Origin: Schizochytrium sp. TIO01
Lineage: Eukaryota; Protista; Bigyra: Labyrinthulomycetes
Assembly: GCA_004764695.1 (NCBI GenBank)
Contig: SMSO01000035.1
Location: forward strand, 1,488,001 to 1,552,000
Length of the DNA: 64,000 nucleotides
Direction of reading: 5' to 3'
The position numbers were made by a program, and so were the translations under genes. The notes below the pieces were generated by a model that was not told the DNA's origin, made no database searches, and saw only the letters and a program-made list of their open reading frames with translations. Positions 31,504-42,679 of the stretch are shown one piece after another. Numbering within the stretch: the stretch's first letter is position 1; every line of letters starts with the position of its first letter.

Positions 31504-33900
31504 ATGGCCGACGATGCTGGACTTGCCTCAAAAGATGTGGATAAAGTCGACTCAACTAGCGCAAAGCTAACGTCGAATGACGATGGCGAAATCGATAATC
31601 GCAAAGACCAAACAAGAACCTCCGCGGAGTCGGGAAAAAACGAAGAAGGCGAGCATATCCAAGAGCAAGCCTCTGAAACTGGGAATTCCAAAGATGAAAT
31701 CAAAACTGACTCTGCTGGAGTTAAGAATGCAACAATTGCTCCATCGGGCACAATAATAAACGAAGGTCTTCAAAACAAAGACAGGATTCCGGGAAAAGAC
31801 AATGCTGGAGTGGAAGAAGAGAAGGTTTCTTATGTGAAGAAGGCGAGTGAAAGTGATGGAAGGCATCCATCCGAGGAAACTAAAACTACAGCGCCAGACC
31901 AACCTTCCAAACCAACTGAGGAATCCAGAGTTAACCTTGATACTGCTGCAGAAGCGACTGAAACCAAACAAGAAACGGAAAAGGTCGAAAGATTAGAGCT
32001 TACTCAATCTACAATAAACAGTGCAAACAAAGATAGTTCTAAAGACAATCAGGAAAAAGATGATGTGGATGATGACGAGGATGACGAAGAGCTTGGCGTA
32101 GTGACAACTGCAGCATCGCGGTTTCGCAAGCGTGCTGCTGCAAGGTTAAGGCGAGCAGTGATAGGTGGATCTACATCTAATTCCGTTCGTCGTACAGTAG
32201 AAGGTTCTGGTGATGTCAAAGATGGCCTACGAGACGGTGAAGATGGTACCGGGAGCTCAAACGAAGTAACAAATCAAGGCAAAAGTCTTGTAGAGATGGC
32301 CCGCGAGCTGCGTGCTAATCCTAATTATGAGGCTGAAAGACGCGCGGCGGAGGAGGCAAGGTTTGTAGCCCAGGTAAAGGCCCAACAGCTGGCTTTGGCA
32401 TCTGCCAAAGAACGTGCTACTGGAACTCGCTTTACGGAGCGACTTCAAACTGGATGGAAACCCACTCGCCGAATGCAAGCTCTGTCAGCTGAAGAGCGGC
32501 GTCAAATTCGCAAGGATAACCACATCTTGGTAGATGGAGCTGATGTGCCTCCCCCTGTGGACTCATTTTGGGCTATGCGTATCCCTCGTGTACTGGTCAA
32601 AGCGTTAATTAACAAGGGAATCAAAACCCCATCCCCCATTCAAATGCAAGGTCTTCCAGTTGCATTTAGTGGTCGAGACATGATTGGTATTGCCTTTACA
32701 GGTTCAGGTAAGACAATTACCTTCACGTTGCCTTTAGTTATTATGGCTCTTGGCATGGAAATGCGGGAACCTGTTGTCGGTAGTGAAGGACCTTTTGGTA
32801 TTATCATGGGACCTTCGCGTGAACTGCAAGCCCAAACTTATGAAGTTATTCAAGGTTTTATTAAAGCGCTTTCAGACGATGGCTTTCCAGAGCTGCGTGC
32901 TATTCTTGCCATTGGAGGCCAAGACAAGCGGGAGCAACTTGGTGACTATGAGAAGCGTGGTGCGCACATCGTAGTTGGAACCCCTGGTCGTATCATTGAT
33001 TTTTTGCAAAGAGGGCAACTTTACTTTGATGCATGCCGATATGTATGTTTGGACGAAAGTGATCGAATGATCTCAGAGTTCGACGAGGAGTTGCAGACTG
33101 TTCTGGGATATTGTAAACTGCAGCGCCAAATGCTTCTCTTTAGTGCAACAATGCCTACGCGTCTGGTTGAGTTTGCTCAGACCTCTTTGGTAGACCCTAT
33201 TACAGTGAATGCTAGTCGTGCTGGTGCAGCCAGCTTAAATGTGATTCAAGAGATTGAGTTTATGCGTGATGAAGCTCGCATTCCCCATCTCTTAAATACG
33301 CTGGGGAAGACCCCGCCTCCCGTTGTCATTTTTACTCAAAATAAGAAGGATGTCGACGATATTTATGAATACTTGCTTCTCAAGAGCGTTGAGGCAGTGG
33401 CCATTCATGGTGACAAATCTCAAGAGGAACGTAGTCTTGGTCTTAAGCAGTTCAAGACACATGTGAAGGATGTATTGGTAGCTACTGACGTGGCTGCCAA
33501 GGGTCTCGATATTGATAACATTCGTCATGTTATCAACTTTGACATGCCCAAGGAAATTGAGAATTATGTACATCGCATCGGTCGAACAGGTCGTGGTGGT
33601 AACACAGGTGTTGCAACAACTTACTTAAACAGTGCAACTAATACGTCTGTACTATTGGATCTGAAGCATCTTTTGCGCGAAGCAAATCAGCCAATTCCAC
33701 CTGTACTCCTCAAGATCGAGGATCCCTCAGAATACATTCATGCTGAAGATGGTGATGCTACAGGGGATACATCATGTGCATTCTGTGGTGGTTTGGGTCA
33801 TAGAATTACATCGTGTCCTGCGCTTGCTGAGAAGCGTCGTCGTGAGCAAGCAGCTACGGTTGATGTGGTTAACGGCGCAGCCTTTGGCGGAGACTATTAA
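31504..33900 (+). CDS. DDX41: DEAD-box RNA helicase DDX41/abstrakt
   Basis: PSPIQMQG, GRDMIGIAFTGSGKT, PSREL, motif II DESD, SAT, ATDVAAKGLD, YVHRIGRTGR and C-terminal zinc knuckle CAFCGGLGHRITSC. Confidence 0.94.
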   Translation: MADDAGLASKDVDKVDSTSAKLTSNDDGEIDNRKDQTRTSAESGKNEEGEHIQEQASETGNSKDEIKTDSAGVKNATIAPSGTIINEGLQNKDRIPGKDNAGVEEEKVSYVKKASESDGRHPSEETKTTAPDQPSKPTEESRVNLDTAAEATETKQETEKVERLELTQSTINSANKDSSKDNQEKDDVDDDEDDEELGVVTTAASRFRKRAAARLRRAVIGGSTSNSVRRTVEGSGDVKDGLRDGEDGTGSSNEVTNQGKSLVEMARELRANPNYEAERRAAEEARFVAQVKAQQLALASAKERATGTRFTERLQTGWKPTRRMQALSAEERRQIRKDNHILVDGADVPPPVDSFWAMRIPRVLVKALINKGIKTPSPIQMQGLPVAFSGRDMIGIAFTGSGKTITFTLPLVIMALGMEMREPVVGSEGPFGIIMGPSRELQAQTYEVIQGFIKALSDDGFPELRAILAIGGQDKREQLGDYEKRGAHIVVGTPGRIIDFLQRGQLYFDACRYVCLDESDRMISEFDEELQTVLGYCKLQRQMLLFSATMPTRLVEFAQTSLVDPITVNASRAGAASLNVIQEIEFMRDEARIPHLLNTLGKTPPPVVIFTQNKKDVDDIYEYLLLKSVEAVAIHGDKSQEERSLGLKQFKTHVKDVLVATDVAAKGLDIDNIRHVINFDMPKEIENYVHRIGRTGRGGNTGVATTYLNSATNTSVLLDLKHLLREANQPIPPVLLKIEDPSEYIHAEDGDATGDTSCAFCGGLGHRITSCPALAEKRRREQAATVDVVNGAAFGGDY

Positions 33901-34139
33901 ATATTTGACAACAATATTAAACATGAGTAACGATATCCCTACTGATATTATTTTACATGCGCTCGATTTTCTACATTAACCAGCCAGCTATATTCTCTGC
34001 AGTTTTTTGTTTTTATTTAAATTTATAATGTATAAAATGTAGGTGTGTTCGTGGTGTAGTACAAGAGTGAAAAAAGCAAATTTTTGCTTAAAGATAACTT
34101 TGGAGACTAACAACAACCGCATGAAGAACCACGACATGA

Positions 34140-35318
34140 TCATTCGTGTTCATATTTTTGACATAGCTTGTGTAAAATCTGCAAGAACTCGTCGATATCA
34201 GACTCCTTGGTTGACCATTGAGTACACATGCGAAAGGCCACACGCTCGTTCTTTTTCGTTGCGTCCTCAAGAACCTTTTCAACACTTTCATGATCAGCTT
34301 CCGAATCAATGGGCTTGGCAGGTTGGTATGAAATCAAGGCAAGCTGAACACCCTTAGCAAGTAGACCATCAACGGCTGGCCTGGGCATGCTAACAAAGAC
34401 AATATTTACATCGGGCATATGCGCAAGAGTACATCCCGGAGTTTGATCGATGCCTTGCGCAAGTTGGGCTGCTCTGGTATTCGCGTTACGAGCTGCTCGA
34501 ATCCAAACGTCATCTTTTAAGTATGCACAGATCTGAGCTCCAAGGAAGCGCTGTTTTTCAAGGAGTAGGCCAGCACGTTTGCAGCGGAATTTAAGCTCAC
34601 GCACGATGTGCTTGGCTGAAGCAAAGACGATGAGGGCTTCAGCGCAAAAGGTGCCATTTTTAGTTGTTCCAAACGAAAGAACATCTACACCTACTTGCCA
34701 AGACATTGCTGCGGGCGTTATAGGGCCTTCACCTTCCTCAACTCTTTCCTGCAATGTCGCTAAGGCGTTGGCAAAACGTGCACCGTCCATATGCACCATG
34801 AGACCGTGTTCATGAGCCAGCTTGCAAATTTCTTGAATCTGGGACAAAGTATACACAGCACCACCTTCTGTGGGCTGTGTAATGGACACAACGCGTGGTT
34901 CACATTCGTGTGGAAACTTGGCATGCGTTTTCATCTTTTCGAGACGCTGTGCAAGTTTGTCGCAGCAAATTCTACCTTGAGCATCGACGGGCAGTCCTTC
35001 AAGACGCGCACCGCCAGTATAAGACTCGACAGCGTTGCATTCACTTGTGACAATGTGGGCATTGTTCGCACAAAGAATTGCACCGTACGGAGGGCACATG
35101 GACGCTAAAGCAAGAGAGTTTGAGGCAGTTCCGTTGGTGATAAGAGAAACATCAGCTTCTGCATCTTCAAATACCTCTTGAAGTGCCTGAGATGCAGCTG
35201 CTGTCCAATCATCGCTTCCGTATGAAGGTGCTGTGCCTCCCTCTGGGCCCATAGTTGAGGTTACTGCCGCAAGAACCTCCGGCAGAGCTCCTGCAACATG
35301 ATCCGCTCGGAAATCCAT
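34140..35318 (-). CDS. ltaE: low-specificity L-threonine aldolase (bacterial LtaE type)
   Basis: SYGSDDWT, NGTASN, SITQPTEGGAVY, HMDGARFANA, DVLSFGTTKNG (PLP Lys), KRAGLLLEKQRF. Confidence 0.92.
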   Translation of the reverse strand: MDFRADHVAGALPEVLAAVTSTMGPEGGTAPSYGSDDWTAAASQALQEVFEDAEADVSLITNGTASNSLALASMCPPYGAILCANNAHIVTSECNAVESYTGGARLEGLPVDAQGRICCDKLAQRLEKMKTHAKFPHECEPRVVSITQPTEGGAVYTLSQIQEICKLAHEHGLMVHMDGARFANALATLQERVEEGEGPITPAAMSWQVGVDVLSFGTTKNGTFCAEALIVFASAKHIVRELKFRCKRAGLLLEKQRFLGAQICAYLKDDVWIRAARNANTRAAQLAQGIDQTPGCTLAHMPDVNIVFVSMPRPAVDGLLAKGVQLALISYQPAKPIDSEADHESVEKVLEDATKKNERVAFRMCTQWSTKESDIDEFLQILHKLCQKYEHE

Positions 35319-35548
35319 TCTACGTCTAATTTCTTTTAGAATAGTTCAATACTTCAGATGCTACCGACAGTTAGGTCTTTGCCGCTCCGAAATTGATTTC
35401 GAGGTTTGGTGTTGGCTCGATCTTTCGATGGTCAACCAAATAAAGGACACTAATGCTACGCTTGCTTTTCTGCTTTTTGATCACTGACAAAACCTTAAAG
35501 AGCCTTCTACCCTGCTTTCGAACGTCGAGTTCCACGAGACTTCTCTAG

Positions 35549-36679
35549 ATGAACGACTGCACTCTTTCCAGTCTGGAGCGAGTCTTTCGCAAGCAAGTTG
35601 GCGACACTGCGTGTGGCCTCGCCTCTCTAGCGATCGTTGTGGATGCTCTAAGGCTGGAAGAATCTTCAAGAACTGGGCAAGAGTGTGCAAACGAGACACA
35701 AAACGCTTTGCCAGGCAACGCTGCGCGAACAGAGATTCTCACAAATCAAGATAATAGCTCAAGCAGTTTCTTTGTGGAAGGCAATGACGGGACTTCGGCT
35801 TCCGAAGTTGACTCAAGGCAAGTGAATTCGGCAGGCTTGGATCATCATCATCATCAACAACGAGTCAACAAAGATAGTAATGAAGTGTTCCCGGAACAAG
35901 TGACTGAAGATGATATGCTTTCGTGGCAACGTTCAGAGTTTGAAGGCGGGGGGCACAAAATTGATGAGGCGCGATTGAAGACATGCGGGTTGACCATGGC
36001 TGGGCTTTCTAGATTGGCATGGAATAATGGTATTCCACACGCGTGTTGTTATGCAGATGGATTTTCTGGAATTGACGAGTTCCGCGAAACCTTACAAAAT
36101 GCTTTAGAGAGTAGATGTAAGGTCATTTTGAACTATCAAATGACAATTGCAGGGCAAAGCCCGTTTGGTGGGCATTTCTCGCCGGTGGAGCGCTATGATC
36201 CAGAGCGAGATGCCTTTCGTATTCTCGACGTTTGGAAACTGACTCCAACAGATGATTACTGGGCAGACACCGAACGTTTATGGAACGCAGTTTCTGACAA
36301 GGACTCGAATTCCAAGAGATGCCGCGGCTTCATTGTTTTCCCTCCAGCCCTAGTTAAATGTCTCAATGCTGCGCCTGTGCATCGTCCTAAAGACATTGTT
36401 AAATCTAATGACCCAAAAATTCTCGAAGTAATGTGGAACATGATTACAGATGAAAACAAGAAAAAAAGATGTGTACAAGCTGAGTACTCTGTTGGCGTAC
36501 GCTTACCCAATGGTGAATTTGCGGCGGTGTTAAGAAAAGAGAATGGTGCACAATGTTTAGATGTGGACCATAACATTACAGCTCCCACTTCTACAACAGA
36601 AGATTATCAGGTTGAAAGCGAGGTGGGTGCTAAGTTAGATCTTCTCAATGCCCTCCATGAATTGTGGCCATATATTTGA
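35549..36679 (+). CDS. PCS: phytochelatin synthase-like protein (glutathione gamma-glutamylcysteinyltransferase family)
   Basis: FRKQVGDTACGLASLAIV (oxyanion Gln and catalytic Cys), GLTM, ILNY, GGHFSP (His), ILDV (Asp), RCRGF: complete papain-like triad. Confidence 0.85.
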   Translation: MNDCTLSSLERVFRKQVGDTACGLASLAIVVDALRLEESSRTGQECANETQNALPGNAARTEILTNQDNSSSSFFVEGNDGTSASEVDSRQVNSAGLDHHHHQQRVNKDSNEVFPEQVTEDDMLSWQRSEFEGGGHKIDEARLKTCGLTMAGLSRLAWNNGIPHACCYADGFSGIDEFRETLQNALESRCKVILNYQMTIAGQSPFGGHFSPVERYDPERDAFRILDVWKLTPTDDYWADTERLWNAVSDKDSNSKRCRGFIVFPPALVKCLNAAPVHRPKDIVKSNDPKILEVMWNMITDENKKKRCVQAEYSVGVRLPNGEFAAVLRKENGAQCLDVDHNITAPTSTTEDYQVESEVGAKLDLLNALHELWPYI

Positions 36680-37480
36680 TTCTAGTAAAGTTAGTTTTTT
36701 CCATGGCTGTACATAAATATTTTCAATGCATTTTATTTGTTGTTGATTATTCCTTTCATTGTATGAAAATCACTTTCAATTTCAAGCCAGATATCCTCTC
36801 CAAGAAGATGATCAAAGAAGTAAATTGCATAGTTTTCAAAGTGATTTGTCGATTTACTTGATTTTATTTTTCATTGCGGGAGACAATGAGGAACAAATTC
36901 GGTCACATCATTCTCACAGACGTTTCGTTTTCATCTTTTCGCTGAGAGTGTCTCGTCGTATATCTGAGAAAAATCAAATGAACTCTGTGGCCTCTGTTTT
37001 GGAATTTTCCAAGTCTCGTCGTTTGTAGATTGCCTTTAATCAATCGAGCACACAAGGTTGGCTGTTGCCTGCTCCCGAGGAACCAGATCTGCCTGAATTT
37101 GCACGACCAACCCACACAAAAGGATGCAACCTCTATCAGTCCAATGTTAAAGACGTGGTTTCGAGAGACATCCCGATGCATACTTTCATTCACCCTCAGA
37201 TTCTCTCCCACCTTGAGTTGGTTTTGGCTTCAATAAGTTCTATCTCTCATCCTCTTTAGAACTTTACAATCAATTTTACCTTCTTGAGATATTGAGTATG
37301 GTGGGGAGCACTAGGTAAGTACTAGTATATACTACAGCTTAGGGTCGAGAAGCAAATCCCAAATCCAACTCGCAGGCTTCCTGTGTACCAACTCCGCCAG
37401 AACTCCGCGAGCTCGGATTTGCTTGCGCAAACGTGAGGACGCGGCGCAGAGCTCGGTGCGAGGCTCCATCCGCGGTACCA

Positions 37481-38446
37481 ATGCGGTCCGTGGACACTGC
37501 GTACGATGGTGAGAGCGAAGACGAATCGTCTAGTACGCCAGTACGCCGTATGGTGAACCGCACATCGAGCGTATGGAGCGTGTCCTCACTTTACACTGAC
37601 GGAGGCACCGTTGTCAGCGAGGCTCTTTCAATCTGTGGAGGATTCAAATGGCGCCTACATGAAGAGCTCTACCTCTTGCGGCAGCAATGGATCTACATCG
37701 CTCGCAATTTTGTGGTATTGTTTTACCTAACGCCCGTGCTCTTCATGAATCTGGCATTCTACCGATATCCAGAAGATCTTGCGAATAAAAGACTCCCTGA
37801 TCTGGGCCACGTTGCGATTCCTGAGATGAACTCAGATGCTACAGACTCTGGCCTTGTTGAGCTCCCGATGTATGTCGTGAGCTTGGCCACGGCGGTGATG
37901 TGCCTCTCGCTGTTTGTAAACAATACGAGCGCTGGCACGCGAAATCCGAAGCCAAATTTAGTCAATGTTGTGCTTCGTACGAGTACAGTCATTGCGCTCG
38001 GGCAGACCATGCGTGGAGGTATGTATCTTGTGACAGCAATTCCAGGCTCGGCAGATCGATGTCTGAAAGACGCACACCCGGAACAATATAAACCAAGTTT
38101 CTCGGAGATCTTCTACAAGTTTGGTGATGTCTATCATAATTGTGGTGACCTCATGTTTTCAGGCCATATGCTATTGATGCTTTCGCTAACAATGTCTTTG
38201 TATCATTATGGAGAGTCGGCCTTTTGGATCTCTCCTCGCCGCAACCGAGCCCTGCTCACGATCTATCTGCTCCTATGTGTGCTGCAAACAGTTCTAATTT
38301 TGGCTGCGCGACACCACTACACATCTGATGTGGTTGTGGCCTGGTATATCTCCCCTTTGCTTTGGTATTACCATTCTACGCTGTTGCATCGGCGCGATAA
38401 AAAGCCTGATCTCGATGCAATTGCACAATCTGTTCTCAAAGTTTGA
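37481..38446 (+). CDS. sphingomyelin / inositol phosphorylceramide synthase family protein (PAP2_C)
   Basis: First ATG at 37481; LPDLGH, TAIPG...C, CGDLMFSGH and RHHYTSDVVVA catalytic motifs; about 6 TM helices. Confidence 0.9.
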   Translation: MRSVDTAYDGESEDESSSTPVRRMVNRTSSVWSVSSLYTDGGTVVSEALSICGGFKWRLHEELYLLRQQWIYIARNFVVLFYLTPVLFMNLAFYRYPEDLANKRLPDLGHVAIPEMNSDATDSGLVELPMYVVSLATAVMCLSLFVNNTSAGTRNPKPNLVNVVLRTSTVIALGQTMRGGMYLVTAIPGSADRCLKDAHPEQYKPSFSEIFYKFGDVYHNCGDLMFSGHMLLMLSLTMSLYHYGESAFWISPRRNRALLTIYLLLCVLQTVLILAARHHYTSDVVVAWYISPLLWYYHSTLLHRRDKKPDLDAIAQSVLKV

Positions 38447-41400
38447 TTAATATGGCGCTGAAGTCTCAGTTGTTTATAGGCTTTTCTTTGGGCTCTTCAA
38501 GTACTTGCCAGTGATGGCTTGAGGGTTCAATTTCTACTGCTGTAGTACACTAGCTGCATTTCTTCTATGATAAGGAAACGCAAAGATTAAGAGAACGGGC
38601 TTCTCAGTAAAACATTGCATTCATAAACCTGTTTTTTTGTCTTTATCTTCGGCAGTTTTTATTGTTCCTTGTTATCAACCTTCCTTTTTTTTAATATTCT
38701 GTCTAGGTCTTCTATCACATTAGCAATTCATGTTCACATGTTACAACACCTGTTCTTCATATCATTTCTGTCCTTGGATGACGCAAAAACTTATCTATCC
38801 ATAGCTACAAAAAAGGAAACATTGAAGAGTATGGAAACTTCACCAAGGGAAACACAGAAATTCTAAAACTAAAGCAACTTTGAACAACTGTGCTCAGCAG
38901 GATGCAGATGTTATACAACTGATCACCCCAAAGGATTTAAAACTTCATTTAGAGAAAATTGATGTTATAACTACCTAGTCGATGGCTCAACGCACCTGGG
39001 AAATTGCCTAGTAGCTTCTATCATTAGTGCAGTTTAATTCTATATCAAAGTGTGAAATTGTGTGCGAATCCATTGTGGGTACCTAGTCAGGCCATCTATA
39101 TATTAGCTTATGAAGTATTCAGACTTTTAAGAGTAGCACTTACCAGGGCAATGCCCATTTAAAGGCCTTGCAATGTCTGTACCATTTGAAAAACACAGAC
39201 AATATTTTAAGCCCGACGATCACGTTTCTCACACCTGTAAAAGTGCATGTCCTTTTACATATAAGAGCATAATTATCTATAATCAAATTATTGGATAAAG
39301 AGTGTTGGTGAAGTAAAACAAAGTAGGTTTTATAGAAACCAACACGAGGCTGGTAATCTCAACAGACTACCTTGGGCTAGTACAATATTGCATCTAAATA
39401 TTCGAATCTCGAGATTCGAAATCCCTGAAATCCAAACAAAACAGAAATTACCTTTTTGAAAAAAACAAATTTTAGAAAATACAAAAAAAAAAGAACTGCT
39501 ATTCTGTTTCAATCATGGTTTTTTCAAGTTAGTGTTGAGTGACAACAACAGAAGAGCTGCATCTAGCATTTGAGGACTATAGAAGTTAGCAATCTCTAAA
39601 AATCAAATAAAAATCTCAGTTTCTATAGATGGCTTTATTAGAGTTTGGCGGACTTCGACATCAAGCATCATATCATATGGCTGCCAACCCTAAACTAAAC
39701 CAGGAGCAATAGTCAGTCACAAACAATCTCTCTATGGCTTCGATATGATTAATAATATCCAGATATTTCTTGCCTCGCACAACATTATCCTGTTCGCACA
39801 AATATGCGAAACAGCAAGCCCATACTCAGTTGCTCAGCTAGATCATTCCATTGTTCGAGAAACCAAACTATAGCTTTTCCTTTTTTAGTGGGCGACAAGA
39901 AGGATCAGAGTTAAAGTTGCACGATTGATTATTTGCTGTGAACTGATTAAGGCCTTTTAATTTCCAGAAAATGGCCTATCGCGTCACTTTCATCTTGGGC
40001 AACACTTTCTCGAGTGCCCCGCCCCACTCCATAGCGAAAGTCTTGAAGCTATTGCTCACCTAGCTAGAGACGACTTTAAATAGGCCATACAAGACCAGAC
40101 CTCCTGATCGTAGATTTGCCCGATTCACAGAGACCTGCCACGAGCTGTAAAATCTCTACTTGTTTGATTGCCGTTCATAGTAGAATATTTGGAGCGCCGA
40201 TGAGCACGAACTATGGTTATTGAAGTTGAAAGCTGGCGGCTTGGGTGGCGTGAATACGCTTATTCAGTTGTGCCAAACTGTCTTGCAAGCGACTTGGCAG
40301 CCTTGACATAACCTAGTCCATTTGCCGTGCTTAAGAAGATGAGTCAAAGGAAAAGCTTGCGCCTTGACTATCATAGGTGAAACAGTTTTCATAAACTCTA
40401 TGCATCTTCAATTCGGCTCCTGTTTACTCTGCAGTGCTACAATGCGCTCAATGGCCAAAACACGTACTCTGAGCTCTTGTCTTTCACAGGAGGGTGTCGA
40501 GATGCAGATCATTCTTTGGTGTTAGCACCGTGGTGGTTGGTGGGCTCGCTCTCTGTGATGGATATGACTGACTTAAGCAGACAAGCCGTTATAAGCCATG
40601 TCTTGTCTTATCCCTCATTTTATAAATTAGAGTCCTGCCTGGAAAAGATATCTTGCATTGTCGTTGATATCTCAATCAGCCTCGGAAAGTAGGTTGCGAT
40701 GCTCTTCACACGCTAGGAGCCAGTTTGAAACACTTCAAAGTTAGAACACCAGAATTGACTTTTGTTGGCACAACTCTTCATCTTGAGCTACTGGAGGATC
40801 AAGCCTTAGAAATTGACTATTTGTCAAGAGGTATGCACGCATCAACTTATTGCTATCAACACATTGGTGTCTCAATCAGAAAAGCATCAGGAGCGAACAA
40901 ATGTACAGGAAAATGGTCGAAATTACGAAAATCTCTCGGCCATGAGACTTCTTGCAAGGAAAGAAGAACCATGTACCTGTGATACCGGAAACAACAGAGA
41001 GGATTATCTGAAAATGACAAATTTGGCGATAATGCGAGGATGTCATAGCATACTGAAGGTGGTTTCAGGTCGCTTGCAGAGCCTCGCCATTATATGCGGT
41101 CGTCACAACAATCATCAAACGCTTACAACGGTAGATTCTATCATCAGCAGCAGAAGCAGCAATAACAGCAACGACGACGACGGGCGGCAATATGTCTAAA
41201 GAATTAGCCATCACTCATGAATCACAATGGCACCAAAGTTCCCCTCCAATCACTGAAGCTTCATGAGAGAAAGCCACGAAGATGAGTCTACTACCACTGC
41301 TACCTATCTACTAGCTGTGCATAATTCTACCTCTTTTACCATTCCACTCCTACAAGGTCAGTTTACCGCAGAGACCGTTGCAGTCCCACGCACAGGAAGC

Positions 41401-42679
41401 AAGTCAAGCCAACAACGACGGCAACTACGAAGACATTTCCTCAGAGCATATAAGGTTGAGTATTCTCTAGCTAGAAAGGAGTCGCTTAGCCTCATATTAC
41501 CTGTTACTATCTTCCTTAGCACTTTGGGAATAGTATCAGTATTAGGAGTATCTATGTCCCTTCACTTGCGGCAGTGCTATCGAACAACAATGAATGGCAG
41601 GCATGGAATCATCTGCCAACGAATCATCATATGATCTATGATGACTGCCATGGTGATTTTACTATCATTACCCTCCACCAGCTATTAGAATAAGTCTCAA
41701 AATATCATCTCGGTTTCACCATTATTTCGGCGTTGTAGAGGGCGAGGTCAGCTAGCACGGACAGCGAAGGTAAATCGTGAGGTATTCCTTTGAAGTCACT
41801 TGTGTTGAGCAGGAAGGGAAGCCAAGCGCTATTAAAAATAAATATCTTTTCCACTTCTTCCCTAGGTTCTTTAGAACTCCAAGCCTCTAATCGTTCCTAA
41901 TGGTATCGCGAGTGGTTCTCATGATCGCACGGTTAATTTATTGTCGTCGTTTAAATTAAAAGAAAAAGTGCTTGCGCTTACGATGATGCAAATTGAAGTG
42001 AGAGGAATTGCGCTCTTAAAAAAAACACGAGGCCAATCGGTGGCGGTGAGCTGCTGCAGTTCTTGCTGTTGCTGCCCACCACTACTCATACATTCCAATT
42101 TTCGACAGCCATCCAGCCTGCCGCGGGCGAGTGAGCGAGCGAGCTATCCATATGTATACCTTCCGAATTATCAGGAGCTCCGCGGACCCATGAACGAGTC
42201 TCCACACGATTGTAGCTTCATCTTAATCCCGGCAAACGACATAATGAGTCTGTCTCTATAGCCCACATAAGCACGCCTACTCGCACGCAACAGATAGAAC
42301 GAAAGAACGCCCCAGCCGGTTATCTGCAGCTGTTCCAACCGTTCTGTTCCAGCTGTGCCAAGATCGAGAGAGTCTGTGCTGGTTGGTGCCTTCTTATCAA
42401 GCAAGCAAGCTTGTAAGGAAGCAAGCGTGGCCAGTCAGAAAGAGCGCTCAGGGCCAGTCTGAGGCAAGGCAGCAGACAGATAGCTTCAGCGCAGCTGCAC
42501 TTAACGCCGAGGGCCCCGGCTTAAGGGACCTTTTCATGGGCGATCCGCTCGACCCATCGGTCTCACGATGGATCCCACTCAGAGAGGTGTTCTCTCGCTA
42601 GCTACCCGCTAGTTACTGCTAATTAGCACCTACCTAGAGCCTGCCTAAGTGAGAGCAGGCGCCGATCTTTCTGTGTCTG

